A DNA stretch of 64,000 bases from NCBI GenBank assembly GCA_951406725.2, contig OX597817.1:50282001-50346000 (forward strand), written 5' to 3'. Numbering within the stretch: the stretch's first letter is position 1; each line of letters opens with the position of its first letter. Positions 1 through 14,138 of the stretch are shown here, in pieces. Source of the DNA: Octopus vulgaris. Lineage: Eukaryota. Made by a program: the position numbers and the translations under genes. Under the pieces are notes generated by a model, which worked only from the letters and a program-made list of their open reading frames with translations, did not search any database and was not told the DNA's origin.

Positions 1-352
1 GCTGGCAGAGACGTTAGCACGCCGGGCGAAATGCTTCGCGGTATTTCGTCTGCCGCTACGTTCTGAGGTCGACTTTGCCTTTCATCCTTTCGGTTAAATT
101 AAGTACCAGTTACGCACTGGGGTCGATATAATCGACTTAATCCGTGTGTTTGTCCTCTCTGTGTTTAGCCCCTTGTGCGTAGTAAAGAAATAAGTATTTC
201 GCCTGCCGTTACGTCCTGAGTTCAAATTCCGCCGTCGTCGACTTTGCCTTTCATTCTTTCGGTGTCGATAAATTAAATACCAGTTGCGTACAGGCGTCGA
301 TCTAATCGACTGCTCCTCTCGTCCAAAATTTCGAACCTTATGCCTACAGTGA
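1..352 (+). mobile_element. tRNA-derived SINE family A (Deu/Nin-like central domain), internally duplicated; 5' end cut by window edge
   Basis: A-box-like gctggcagaga, B-box-like gagttcaaattcc, central gcctttcatcctttcggggtcgataaattaagtaccag resembling the Deu/Nin SINE domain; many copies in the window. Confidence 0.85.
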
Positions 353-527
353 AAAAGGATATATTTTGCAATAAGTTAATACGAGGATGAATGATTTTTG
401 CCTGCTTATTTAATGCTTTAAAATTTGGAAAACGATAATAATGTCCGAATAAAAGCACTGAACAGTGTCTTTTCTTTTGTCTTTCTCTGTTTCTCTACCT
501 CTCTCCCTCACAGTGCTTGTATGTATG

Positions 528-603
<76 letters not shown>

Positions 604-702
604 TAAGTATATCTATCACTGCCACTCCCCATCTGTCCCTCTGTCTCTCTCCTTCTCTTCCCGTCCTCTTCATCTCTCTTCCGTCGTCCACCCCTTTCTT
701 TC

Positions 703-761
<59 letters not shown>

Positions 762-1563
762 GCATACACACACATATACATATATATATATATACGTACA
801 AATATATATATGCTTACGCACACACACACACACACACACACTCACAAACAAACACACACGCACACACATATTTGTTTAGTATTTCATTACAGCCACTCTA
901 TTATATTCTGCTATTGTCATGTTTTCGCTGACCGTGATCGTGTGAATAGAGGTCATGTTTTCACATTGATTGGCAATAACACTCCATAAAGACTTGTTCG
1001 AGGGAATCTTACAATATACAGAATGACAGACTTATTCGTTCCACTACATGGCACACACTATCGATATCTATCACTCACATGAACCATCGTATGGTATTGC
1101 TCTTAGCGTTTTCTATGACAGAAGTGATTATTTTCGTTGCATGTGCCATAGTTTTCTCATTTCTCTGAGTATTTGCTGATATTTTTTAACAATTTCTTTT
1201 TGTTTTCCCATTTCTTTATATTTGTATCATTGTTGTATTGAACAGTCTATGATCCTATTTGCTGCGACATCTGCAAAGATTCCCGAACGATGAGAAAGTA
1301 CTGGTGTGTGAGTGTGCATGTGTGTGTCTGTTTTTGTGTGTGTGCTAAGTATTTTACTCTAGAAATCGCCTCAGACGAAGCTACAGTTCTATATGATACA
1401 TAAACTAAGAATAGCTGTCTGACAAGTTCAATATCGAACTTCAACGTGAACGGCTGAACTGGGCTTTAAATTGATTTGCATCCCTCTCATTGGTTGGCGG
1501 TACAACCATACCTGTATAGGTTTCTAGGGCCGACAATGCCCTCCCAGCGGCACCGCAATCCAA

Positions 1564-1970
1564 TCTATTATATAAAATCCGTCCTGTCTGTCTGTGTCTT
1601 CTAGGATCTAGGGCATCCTCCATCCAATTGCGCTCAAATTTGATATGTAGATACCGACGGTATTAGGGCGTGTATAAATTTTGAAAAAGTTACAAAAATC
1701 GATTCCAGGTGAGAATGCAATCGATAAAGCCGTGAGAACGTGCATTTTGTACGCACAAGTATATCAGCTGTTGCGATCGATACTACGATTACGCGACAAA
1801 AATGCATGTGTAGTTTGCGCAAAAAAAGCCGGCTGGCTTGAAATAATGCCACAAAATGCAGTATGTTTAGGAGACCAAAAAAGTAAGATGCAAAAGAGAT
1901 ATTTTCTTCAAACTTGGCATGAAGGAAGGAAATAAAGACTATTTGGTTTCTCAAGAAGTTTTTTTTTTGC
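1564..1970 (+). mobile_element. Probable 5' part of a non-autonomous Helitron
   Basis: Starts a|TCTATTATATAAAA followed by (TGTC)n, like the Helitron 5' end at 52096; no 3' hairpin-CTAG found, so the end coordinate is approximate. Confidence 0.4.
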
Positions 1971-2829
1971 TTTAACTTCGTTTAACAAAACCAAAAATTT
2001 TATTGAAAATTCTATGTGAGTCCAGAACATATGTATGTGGGTCCAGAACGGAATACAGCAATCCCTGAAAATATTACTTAAAAACGCATACCTACAAAGT
2101 GCCAAACAATGTAATAACCTCCACTTCCCGCAGACTCCAATTTCCAGGCAGAATTGAATAAGAGCCTTCTCACCCGTACCGGTTTCAACAGTTATACAGT
2201 GATACACTTGTACACTGCCACCAGAGAGAATCACTCCTTAACTGCCCTCGCCCTCCGCTTCAGATGGCACTGGAATGCAATGAGAGAAACATATCTTTTA
2301 CGTTTTGAAACATGTTTAGAATCCAAATTGCTTTGATAATATTCACCAGCTTGAGGAAAACTAAGAAGTCTCGTTTACCAAAAGTAGGTGGTAGAATTAT
2401 CACTGCAAGAGATTCGACCAACAGTCATGAACTCCACATACAAGCAAATAAACATGCTGATGGTATCAAACAATCAATAATAATTGTTTAAGAAATCGAA
2501 GAATTAGCAGAAGCAAAATGAAGTTGTTTCCTGGTGCATAGAATCTGGCTAATTAATAAAGTATATTTATAACCATGCTTCTTGTTCAGGAAATATAAAC
2601 GAAAGAAAAGCAAGCAAGGAAGTTTGTAGGAAGCTTGTTGTGTTCCAAACAAATAATATGACATCCAGAGAGCAACAGAAAGTAAAAAAGCAAATAAAGA
2701 ACAAAACTGTAAACAACACAAAAAACAAACCAGAAAAAAAAGAAAACATAATCGTTGAAAGATATTAAATATTGAATATAAAGGATATATAAAATATATT
2801 TTCAAATAGAAATGAGCAAAAACAACACA

Positions 2830-2862
<33 letters not shown>

Positions 2863-2936
2863 TATGTGTGTATATATATATATATATCTGCTCATGTATA
2901 TATACATATGCAAACACACGCACTCACATATATATT

Positions 2937-2982
<46 letters not shown>

Positions 2983-3071
2983 ATATTATATATATATTTA
3001 TATTGAATAATTTTTATATATATATATACACGCACACATGCATGTATCTCTTTGTCTATTTGTCTGTCTCT

Positions 3072-3113
<42 letters not shown>

Positions 3114-3445
3114 ACACACACACATACATAATGAATATACAATACAACAACAAAATTCATCTTTTATTTTCCAGCATTGATAATCTCTCATGAAATTTTA
3201 TCGTTCATACTTTTCTATATTTTTTTCAGATTTTAATTATTTTTTAATCAACTTCATTCATAGTAATATCGCTTTTAATAATTCCGTGAATTGCAATATT
3301 TGTTTAAGTAACATACAAGAGAACAAACATCGGCGTGTGTGTCGTTTGTCGATATTCCGTTCGTCACACTCACACACACGCTCTCTCTCTCTCTCTCTCT
3401 CCCCCTCTCTCTCTCTCTCTCCCCCTCTCTCTCTCTCTCCTCCTC

Positions 3446-3477
<32 letters not shown>

Positions 3478-4217
3478 CTCTCTCTATCACATTCTCTCTC
3501 CCGCTCTATCCCTCGCTCTTCTCTTTCTCCGCCATATTCGTTCGTTAGACTGTTCGAGTCTGCGTTCCTCACACCATCGCCATTATCCTGCTATAATTAT
3601 CTTGACCGGTACGATCACCATGTATCAGTGAACATCAATACTGCTAATATATTAGTGAAAAAGGAATAATCTGTCATTAACCATCACTCATATCTCTATC
3701 TGACTATCTCTCTCTCCTTCTCCCTTTCTCTCTCTCTCACTCTGTAACTGTATATGTATGTGTATGCAAGTGTGTGTATTATATATGCTCAATTTGGTTA
3801 CAAAGCGACGATAAGCAGTGGCTAGAAGGATTTTGGGTGAAGCTTAGTAACAAGTTAATCTAGTAAATGGGGGGGGGCCTCAATTGAGTGAAGTGGGCCG
3901 ATGCATAATAATGCTATCGAGAGGAGGGTCCTGAAGCCGCACCCATTCTTTCCTGATGAATGACCCCTATAAGCCTCTTACTGTCCGGTATGCGGAACTT
4001 TCAACCAGTAGCACTTGTATGTACAAGCGGTTTGGAAGTTATATTCGAATGCACACGCACGCACACACACATACACACACACATAAACACACGCACACAG
4101 AGGCACACACACACAAACACACACACACATGCTGCGCTTGTATACACACAAATACAAAGCTTCTTAAAATTCTATGTGTCCGAAGAAAAGTTGCGATATC
4201 AAATATATTTAAATGAA

Positions 4218-4808
4218 AGGCACAGGCGTGGCTGTGTGGTTAGAAGTTTGCTTTACAACCACATAGTTCCGGGTTCAGTCCCACTGCATGGCACCTTGGG
4301 CAACTATCTTGTGAGTGGATTTGGTAGGCGAAAACTAAAAGAAGCCCGTCGTGTAAAACGTAACTACATGCAGACTGTTGGCGATCCTCTTTCCTTTTTC
4401 TTTTGGACATTTCAGTGTCCTGTTTCTGAAGAAGAGCTTTGCGCGAAACGTTAAACAACCATTCTTTCTTTCCTTCTCTGAGCGTCTCATTAATATTTTG
4501 CATGAACTACGTCCTCACATTATTGTTTTGTTCTTGTTTTTCTTATCTTTTTCTCCGTTTTTTTTAAATCAAATATATATATATATATTTATGGGTGTCT
4601 GGCTTTGTGTCTGTGTTTGTCCTCCCACCCTCACTTGACAACCGATGCTGGTGTGTTTACGTCCCCGTAATTTAGCGGTTCGGCAAAATATACGACAAAA
4701 TATGTACTAGGGTTACAAAGGATAAGTCCTGGGGTCAATTTCTTCGACTAATGGCGGTGCTCCAGCATGGCCGCAGTCAAATGACTGAAAGCTTAAGAGA
4801 GTAAAAGA
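4218..4808 (+). mobile_element. tRNA-derived SINE family B, interrupted by a hammerhead-bearing insert
   Basis: Head ggcgtggctgtgtggttagaag...gggttcagtcccactg; tail cttgacaaccgatgctgg...gcagtcaaatgactgaaa; foreign sequence about 4355-4570 replaces the internal microsatellite. Confidence 0.85.
4421..4457 (+). ncRNA. Minimal type I hammerhead ribozyme motif (Penelope-like pLTR type), canonical core
   Basis: tgttt CTGAAGA a gagc ttt gcgc GAAA cgt t aaaca: 5-bp stem I, stem II with one mismatch, palindromic AACGTT stem III, GUU site. Confidence 0.7.
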
Positions 4809-5749
4809 TTAAAAAAGAAATACATACACACATAGACCATATTCACACGCATAAACACACGCATAAAATACCTTGCAATCTTCCTTCAGAAAATAACGAC
4901 GAATCTTTATGTAAATTTCCAGATTCCTAAGAAAGAAGATGCAGCAAGTTTCAGTGTTGTATTTGCTTTTCTTTGTATGTTCTGTATTTATTAAAATAAA
5001 GTCACAAATGTACACGGTATGTAAATAAGTTCAATTTCCCAGAGTGGGGTGTCAGTTTCGACCCCACTGCACAGAACCTCGGGGACATGTCTTCTACTTC
5101 AATTTCGGATTTGGCTAATGATTTACGAGTGGAATTTGAAAGACAAAAACTGAGTGGAACCCTGTCATATATGTACTATTTATGAATGTACGTCCGTCTG
5201 TACGTATGTATGTGTATGCATGTATGTATGTATGTATGAATGTACATATATACAAATATACATGTGTATGTATATATAGTATATATATTACGTACATATA
5301 ATATATGTATGTATATGTGCGTGCATGTGCATGTGTGTGTGTGTGAATGTTGAACAATGAGAATGAGTCCTCAACACCGCAGTGGTGGGAAACATTTTCT
5401 ATTTGTTTATTAAGGCTAATTGAGATGGTAAGGTAATAACCAATGCCAGTTTCAAAATTTTGCACACGGCTAGCAATTTCGAGGGCTGAGATAAATCGGT
5501 TAGATGGACGCCAGTGCTAAACTGGTACTTATTTTATAGACTCCGAAAGGTTGAAAGTCAAAATCAGCCTTGGCCCCAATTTGAACTCAGACCGTGAGGA
5601 CGGACTTGCTAACGATTCTGTCAGCTCGCCGCCTTACGCTAATAACCAACTAATAATCATCAATATCTCTGAAGATTCATTGACGTTAATCATAAAATTC
5701 GGTATTTAATTTTTATGCAGAATCTGTAGTTAAAATTACTACAGCTCAG

Positions 5750-6183
5750 GGATCTTTTCGGTTTGAACGGCAGTTTTTTCTAGCGGTGTCATATGAAATT
5801 GTCACCCATAATTACGACCCTAGTATCGATCTATTGCATTTCAATGTCTTTTAGAGTTAGGGTTAGTTAGGGTTAGGGTTAGGGGTAGGGGGAAGGGTAT
5901 CTTTTTTTCTTCACAAATGTAAATAAACCCAATGTGTTTCTTAAACGAGGGGCATATTCATACGGCACAAAATGTTTTCACCTCAATAGACGTCATTGAT
6001 TGGTTGTAATTGCAGAAATTGAAGGAAAAAAACAACAAATATCTCACAAACTATAGAATTTTCTCAATAAAGCCAAGAGAAAAAGATGTTTTATAAACAC
6101 ATTCTACCAGTATACGAAGTTGAAAAGTGTTTAGTTACGTGGAAATTATTTTTAAAAAACTGTCGTTCAAACCGAAAAGATCC
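5750..6183. mobile_element. MITE with GG termini, ~30-bp TIRs, 8-bp TSD and internal TTAGGG repeats (Merlin-like)
   Basis: TIR ggatcttttcggtttgaacggcagtttttt / aaaaaactgtcgttcaaaccgaaaagatcc; TSD cagctcag at 5742-5749 and 6184-6191. Confidence 0.9.
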
Positions 6184-7124
6184 CAGCTCAGTGAATTATT
6201 TGTTAGTATCTCAGTGGCTTATCAAGGCTTGCAGATTTTAATAAGTCCTTTTGATCATTGATTGTGGAGATGTGAATTTACAAAAAGATGCCAGTAGATA
6301 TTGTACAGAAGCCTGTAGCACGGATCGTCATTCAAAATAAGTTATATTAACGATACAAGTTTATAGACACATTTAAGATAATGTGCAATCCATACACTTG
6401 ACTATTTATCATTTTGGTAATGAAAATGTATTACAATATTCTTAAAGGAAAGCGTGCATAATTTTGCCTATATGAAAATATCGTATCGGTCATTCTTCGC
6501 TTGTACAGATGGGAACTGAATTGCTTATTGTACTATAGTGATTGTACTACTGTCATCATAATAGGATACTATATTGACAGTGTTACTGAAACTGAAAACT
6601 GCTGCTCTGCTGTGGTTGTTGCTTCAAAAGTGTGGGCGAAACTTTTAAACAATTGAATAACGCATACACAAAGCCTGGTGTACTCTCGAGGCAACAACGG
6701 AGTATCTTGCGTTTCACGAGATTTGCTATTTATGGCTAATATATCTTCTTAAAATGACAGCTTTGCTGACTTACAAACAAGAAATATCAATGGCTGATGC
6801 GATCTGAAATACAAAAAAAAAAAAAGAGGGACACAGGGGAAGGTCTTTTGAACATCGAACAGGATTGACCTAGCTCTTAACAACAAGAACAACAAAAGCA
6901 AAAGCAGATGTAACAGCCACAACAAGAATGTCTATGGCAGACATATTGACAATAGCAGAAGTGGATGAAATGGTCGTGCACCTGGTACGTGGGATATGGG
7001 TGATGTTACTGTAAATGTGGTGGATGCGTCATTAGAAGAAGAATGGGAGGTCATACGGGACAAATTGACGATAATGATTAAATATTTGCGATAGCATTAT
7101 GGGCGGCCATTGTAAGCGACAAGA

Positions 7125-7355
7125 AGGCGGCGAGCTGACAGAAACGTTAGCAAGCCGGGCGAAATGCTTAGCAGTATTTCATCTGCCGCTACGTTCTGAG
7201 TTCAAATTCCGCCGAGGTCGACTTTGCCTTTCATCCTTTCGGGATCGATAAATTAAGTAACACTTACGCACTGGGGTTGATGTAATCGATTTAATCCCTT
7301 TGTCTGTCCTTGTTTGTCCCCTCTATATTTAGCCCCTTGTGGGTAGTAAAGAAAT
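7125..7355 (+). mobile_element. SINE family A monomer
   Basis: aggcggcgagctgacagaaacgttag through gtagtaaagaaata. Confidence 0.9.
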
Positions 7356-7369
7356 ATATTTAACATGCA

Positions 7370-7592
7370 TCTCTTTGTTTTTAAATATCAACTACACCGG
7401 TGCGTACTTTACCCCCCACTCATAGAAATGTATTTAATTGTTGGCAGATACTCTCCCAACTCCTCTTCGATCAGCTGCTTGGAGAAGACGGCAATGGCGT
7501 CGCGAACCTTCGAATACGTTCTCAACACCACCGTCCTCCCCTCTTGCTGTTTAAGCCACTCTTTGGGTGGAATAATTTCCCATTCCAAGACG
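7370..7592 (-). pseudogene. Decayed coding fragment, possibly L1/Tx1-type LINE ORF1
   Basis: GC-richer island; minus frame reads [60 protein letters not shown]; family assignment is from recollection only. Confidence 0.3.
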
Positions 7593-7632
7593 TGTGAGTG
7601 GATTTGGTAGACAGAAACTGGAAGAAGCCCGT

Positions 7633-7686
<54 letters not shown>

Positions 7687-7732
7687 AATGTATTTATCTA
7701 TATATATATATATATATGTATGAATGTATTTA

Positions 7733-7766
<34 letters not shown>

Positions 7767-7776
7767 TGTATTTAAT

Positions 7777-7813
<37 letters not shown>

Positions 7814-8040
7814 AATTATATGTGTTTTGTGTCTGTGTTTGTCCCACCAACATCGCTTGACAACCGATGCTGGTGTGTTTACGTCCCCGTAACTTAGCGG
7901 TTCGGCAAAAGAGACCGATAGAATAAGTACCAGGCTTCCAAAGAATAAGTCCTGGGTTGATTTGCTCGACTAAAGGCGATGCTCTAGCATGGCCGCAGTC
8001 AAATAACTGAAACAAATAAAAGAGAGTAAAAGAGAGTAAG
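7593..8040 (+). mobile_element. SINE family B, 5'-truncated, expanded internal (TA)n/(TG)n
   Basis: tgtgagtggatttggtagacagaaactg, microsatellite, standard tail ending aagagagtaaaagagag. Confidence 0.85.
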
Positions 8041-8591
8041 CATGAAAATGATCCGAGGTAAATTTATGTTTTGTTGACGCTGTCTCATGTTATTTGCACT
8101 GATAACAATCCCAAAAGAGGCGTAAGATCCACCAGTTTCCATTTCTACAACATTCGTGAAAATAAACGTATAATAACTAACTGGTTGTTAAAATTGCAAT
8201 GGAAGAGATAATGGTTGTGAATGTGAGTTACATGCCGAAGTTTCATTGTAATGTTGGTGGTGACAGTGTTAATGTTTGTGATGGAGATGACAGAGTCGGC
8301 ACTTGGGGTTGTCGCAATAGTATTTCTCTTTTCTTTTTTTTTTTCTCGATGGTGATGATTGTAAATTCTGATTATAGTTGATCACTCGATGGTTATAATG
8401 TTGGTTGTGATGGTGGAGGCGGATAATTGTGGTGGGGAATTTAAAAATCGTGATGAAGATCTTTATTGATAGTGGCAATTGTCATGATAAATTATGATGA
8501 TGGAATGGAAAGATTCTGACTCCGCTGGTCAAGAAAGTAATAGATGGTTATGATGCTGAGAGGGGGCGGTCGTGTTTTCAAAAGTCAAACT

Positions 8592-8592
8592 A

Positions 8593-8643
<51 letters not shown>

Positions 8644-8644
8644 G

Positions 8645-8698
<54 letters not shown>

Positions 8699-8711
8699 GT
8701 TATTATTATGA

Positions 8712-8742
<31 letters not shown>

Positions 8743-8758
8743 CATCATTATTTTTTTA

Positions 8759-8801
<43 letters not shown>

Positions 8802-8802
8802 T

Positions 8803-8833
<31 letters not shown>
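8592..8833. repeat. Compound trinucleotide microsatellite (TAT)n-(TAG)n
   Basis: Direct reading; source of the spurious poly-Y/poly-V/poly-S ORFs. Confidence 0.95.
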
Positions 8834-10189
8834 CGTTGGCAGTGGTGATTATGGAAATGTTGATTATAGAGCTGATAATGTTAGCAAAATCATATTGTTG
8901 CCGCCACCCTTATTGTCGATGACAACGACGACGACGATTATGATAGTGTTGGTCGTGGGGGGATGATGTTGATGAGGATGGTGACGGTTACGGTGATAGT
9001 GATAGTGGCAGCGGCGTCAGTGATAATGATGAGGATGAGGGTGATGATATTGATGGGGATGATGCCTGGAGAATATTGATTATGAAGATGTGAGTGAGAC
9101 TTGGAGTCTAGTCGTGGGAGGTGGAAGCAGAAGCCGTCTCATCACCATCTATACAATGCTAGACGCACAAACAGAACAGGATTCAGTGCACGTCCGAACG
9201 TGAATGAGTGTTTATGTATTCGTATATGTATGTATGTGTGCTTATATGAGTTTGTGAACATGTCTGTATTCGATGCTATTTGTTCGGAGATTGTGTATCT
9301 GTGTGTATATATGTATCTGCATCAATCATTTCTTATTTTCAAATCTCACTATGCAAGTGTATATTTTCTGGTGTCGTCTTGCCTCTAGACTATAATGTCA
9401 CGTGTCTTCACCGTTTCAAATCATACATGTATAATTGTGTTTCTTGCTTATGTCTGCTCATCTTTCTACGTATGAAACAGCTGTGAATATTAATGATTTG
9501 TCTCGTGTTGCTTGTTTGCAAGGCATTATATTCTAGTGTATTAGAATCGGATAGCGTGATGTCCACGTGGCTCTGGTGTAAACGACATAAAAATGAATTC
9601 TACCTGGATTGAAACCAGGCGTCCATTTTGACATGACTTATTCTATGTCTTGTGTTACAGCGCTGGACAAACGATTACCGAACGTTACTTTCTAAATTTG
9701 ATTCATTTTCAGAAAAAAAACTTATAAAAGTTATACTTTGTTAAAACGACTAAACTATTTCGTTGTGAGATAAATCGTTCGTGTTTTATTTTTAGCTCTA
9801 TTTGTTTTAGTTTTTATTTTTCACAAGCAATTTTGATAAATAAGTCAATAATATATTCTTCTACATTGTTCCCGAATTCTCGCCAACATTCCACTAGTTT
9901 GTCAATATCGCGACATTATCGAGCCAGGTTTGCAGTTCCGTCATTGTTGAACGAACCGCATCACAATCTGCTAAAGAGCTACCGAAAAAAGGGGTTAAAC
10001 TGAAGGCGCTATATCAAGAGAATGGGTTGGATGAGAGTCACCCTCCCAACCAAACTCTTCAATAGGGTTTCTTTTTCGTAAAATTAGTGAGGTGGCAAGC
10101 GAGACTTGTCGTGATTGGCTTGTCACCGGTTGGGCCGTTTGGACCTAAGACATCGAGTTAAGATAGTGGACGACAGCATAATAAGTGAA

Positions 10190-10450
10190 TTCCATTTACT
10201 GGGCCACTTCACAAGTGTAATGGCGCGGATCCTCATGGATGATCTTGTTCAATCGATCTTTTTGAACAGAATACATCGGCTGGAATTTCTCTTTCTTGAA
10301 GCGTGACAACCATTTCCGTGAAGCTCTTTCAGTAATATCGCATGCTCTGTACTCAGCACAAATATCTTGAATGGCTTTGACAACTTTGGAACCTTAGCGA
10401 GGAGAAGGAGGTGTCAAAAGATCATAATTTTCTCTATCTGACATTCCATT
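10190..10450 (-). pseudogene. Decayed mariner transposase N-terminal HTH fragment
   Basis: Minus strand reads GSKVVKAIQDICAEYRACDITERASRKWLSRFK...DRLNKIIHEDPRHYTCEVAQ, matching the mariner HTH pattern ICxxYGxxxxTERxxRKWFxRF and DPRxTxRELA. Confidence 0.6.
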
Positions 10451-12209
10451 ATCATAACAGGTAATATATATTCAAATTTCAAAAACGATTAACAAATGTT
10501 GTAGACAAAGAAAAGAACTACAAAAACACCCCTCAAAACACCACGATAAAAATATTTTTAATGTAAATTTAAATTACATTGGAAAGAAACGAATGAATTT
10601 ATCTTAGAATTGAATACATTAAATACATTAAAAGTGCAATTTTCATTGACCTAAGAAAATGTATTTCTCTCATTTCTGTTGAATAGAAACCTGTTCCGAT
10701 TTACTATCATCTATTCCAGACGCAGCGTGCTTCAGCTTCGATTTAAAGTTTTCCATATGAGGTGGTTCATATTTTGGAATGTAGAATGTGATAGTCTGGG
10801 TCCGAGTTGCGATAGACTAGCCTGAGGTTTCATACCAAATCATGAATACCTCAAATTAACAAATTTGCGCCACAAGATGCTACATTACTGATCACAATAA
10901 TGTGCCTTTAACCCAATGACGCAAAGCACTGAAGAAAAACACCATTTATTCATATGAAAATTACAACTGGTGCTTTAGCAAGCTTTAATTCACACAGCCC
11001 TGCTATAATTTCTAAATATACAGAAACATCTGCAACGTCCAAGATCATTATTACAATATTATCATAAGAACACTTTATATTACACTCAGTGAAGTTAGAC
11101 TCAAAATACACTTTCAAACGATGCGAGGAGATACTCAACACAAAAATTATATCCAGAGGTACAGTAATATTCCCAGCTACTTTATGTTTATCATTAGAGT
11201 TTATTACCATTCATTATTGTAGGGTTGATAAAATAAGTAACAGTTGTGCACTTCACCTTCCTCTCAAAATATGCTGTCCCTGTGTAAAAATGTGAAACTA
11301 TTATTAGCATTCCCGTAATTTATATTTTCTTTTACATGTTTATTTCCTTTCCTGTTTTGTTTAGTTTTGAGAATTTATCTCCTTATGTTATCTACTTTGT
11401 TTGATTCAGATCTGATGTATTTTTTTTCTGTACTTTATACGAATATATTTTTGTATTTTCGCTTTGCCATTCCGCTTCTTTTCTTAAATCAGAAATGTAT
11501 GGGATATCTTGAAAATCTTGCACCAAAATGTTCCGGGTTAACCAGAAGTAATACTTTATAATATTCCTTCCGTTCGGGGTTCGATAATATAAAGTTTCTA
11601 CTCGCCCATTTCTGCGGTCGATGGTAACAGTGAAATCACGTCTTTGTTTTATCAGAATGAGACAAGTTGAACTAGATGAGATTTGAACTTAGAGGGCAAG
11701 AACGTGGGGGTGACATATATTTTTTCTTATTATTATATTGTTCATCATGTACAAGTACGTGTTTATTCATCATTATTTTATTTTATTTTAGAAAAATTAA
11801 AGCATATCTGACAATTCCGGAACGTATAGAACTTAATATTTGTGCGTGATTTTTGGCCCATCTTGTATTAAGTATATGATCTTATAATAAATTATATCTG
11901 TGCCGGGCTTACTTTACGCCATTCCCTAACCTGCTGGCTTGGTTATTGTCCATTTAACCATGTTGGGACAGTAGGCTGTTGTTGGCCTTTACGCATTATT
12001 GTATTTCAGTTTCAACCCACTATATTTTAAATTGAAAGCTCCACTGACAGGGATTAGAGTCAATTTTACCTTTACTTTTTATCTCTCCAGTGTTAATAAA
12101 ATGATAACCAGGAAAACACTGAAGCTAGTCTGGGAGCATTCCTCACTTAACCAAATTTCTGGACTCTGTATTATGGAGAGCAATAGATGTTTTAAATTTC
12201 TATTGGTTG

Positions 12210-12545
12210 TGATACCTGTGCCGGTGGCACGTAAAAAGCACCATCCGAGCATGGCCGATACCAGCGCCGCCTTGACTGGCTTCTGTGCCGGTGGCACGTA
12301 AAAAGCACCAACCGATCGTGGCCACTGCCAGCCTCCCCTGGCACCTGTGCCGGTAGCACGTAAAATGCACCCACTACACTCACGGAGTGGTTGGCGTTAG
12401 GAAGGGCATCCAGCTGTAGAAACACTGCCAGAGCAGACTGGAGCCTGGTGCAGCCTCCTGGCTTCCCAGACCCCGGTCGAACCGTCCAACCCGTGCTAGC
12501 ACAGAAAACGGACGTTAAACGATGATGATGATGATGGTGATGATA
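12210..12545 (+). mobile_element. SINE 3' part with three tandem ~60-70-bp subrepeats, Meta-domain-like motif and (GAT)n tail
   Basis: ctgtgccggtggcacgtaaaaagcacc three times; ggcgttaggaagggcatccagctgtagaaac; ends ggacgttaaacgatgatgatgat. Confidence 0.75.
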
Positions 12546-13521
12546 ATTTTATATTTGCCCCAAATTTGTCTGAATGGAGCCTAGTTTATTTCAACATTAT
12601 TTAGTATTTTCAATGGCTTCTCGTTAATTTGACTGAATATTACTTAAAGTGTGCGCATGTCCGTAGAATGAATGCTCAGCCGCTGACAAGCTAAATCAAT
12701 GAACTAGTAAGTCAGTTGATCGAACATATTTGTATCACTTCTAGCGTAAATAACATCTCGATTAATACTATACCTCACAGCCACTATTAGTAAGTTACCT
12801 TTTCATTTCTTTCAGCCTACTTCAACCATTAACCAGCACAAGCAAAATATATTAACATCCACCACACACTCTCCTTACCGCCCACTGCTTTCGCTTTATA
12901 CAACGCCGCAAAAGGCAGTTAATTAGATGAAAAATTTTCTATAGAGTTGCTGAACTAATAGTATTTTAATAACCATTTAAATGACATTAATTATTGTACA
13001 CATCATGTAGGTGCATATGGGTGTGTCTATTTGTACCGAATGTGTATGATCAAATAATCATATACGTATGAGACTCTGTGTGTGTGTGCATTATAACTCG
13101 TATTATTGTGTGATCATACATGTGCTTGTAAACACAGTGTATTAACGATCATATCTTTGCCTCTGCGTATGTGTGCGCATATTTTTTTTGTATATATGTG
13201 TATATTCAGTGGGCATCATTGTTCTCGTTATTATATGTGTGCTGATATTTTGTTTCTGTTTCATATAAAATGTAAAGAAATGATTCTAAAACATTTAGAT
13301 ATGCCCACAAGTCATTCATAATTATTCATAATAACATGCTTTTATGACTAGCACATGGAATTGTAAGAAGAAAGGGTTTACTCTCTCAAGATATAGGTTA
13401 TATTCAGCTTTGCGTAACAGATAATTAGGCTTATTTATCATTATCTAGGTACTCTGATATAAGAAATTTTGCTTATTAATATTGGTTTCAAATTCGGGTA
13501 CAAGACCAGCAATTTCTGAGA

Positions 13522-13693
13522 GGAGTTAATTCGAATATATCGATCCCAGTGCACAACTGGTACGTTTTTATCGACTCCGATATGATGAAAGGCAAAGTCC
13601 ACCTTGGCAGCATTTAATCACAGAATTTAAAGAAGGACAAAATGCCGCTAAGTATTTTGTTCGGCACAGTAACGATTCTGCTAACTCGCCGCC
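13522..13693 (-). mobile_element. Diverged SINE family A, left arm of a local inverted duplication
   Basis: Reverse complement of family A, sharing private variants with 15072-15243. Confidence 0.8.
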
Positions 13694-13799
13694 TCATATT
13701 TTGTTACTATTTAAAGATAAGAAGGGCGGCGAGATGGCAGAATTGTTAGCATGCGGGGGAAACTGTTTAGCGGTATTTCAGCCGTCTTCACGTCATAAG

Positions 13800-14077
13800 T
13801 CTTTTACTTGTTTCAGTCATGTGACTGTGGTCATGCTGGAGCACCGCCTTTAGTCGAGCAAATCGCCCTCAGGACTTATTCTTTGTAAGCCTAGTACTTA
13901 TTCTATCGGTCTCTTTTGCCGAACCGCTAAGTTACGGGGAGGTAAACACACCAGCATCGATTGTCAAGCGATGTTGAGAGGACAAATACAGACACACAAA
14001 CACACACACACACATACACACACACACATACATACATATACATGCACACACACACACACACATACATACATATACAT

Positions 14078-14138
<61 letters not shown>

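Noticed and set aside
410-931. ORFs rich in YI, HT, ER, SL or CV repeats here and throughout (for example 17387-17898, 31782-32477, 45709-46051)
   Set aside because: Translations of dinucleotide and tetranucleotide microsatellites
2200-2550. Possible Tx1-like ORF2 C-terminal remnant on the minus strand (IILPPTFGK...QCHLKRRAR); similar hint near 14570-14800
   Set aside because: Too decayed to support without a profile search
5856-5893. TTAGGG repeats as a telomere or chromosome-fusion relic
   Set aside because: Internal part of a multi-copy MITE
12217-12372. Three 27-bp repeats with variable spacers resembling a CRISPR array
   Set aside because: Eukaryotic SINE subrepeats; spacers resemble each other and no cas genes are present
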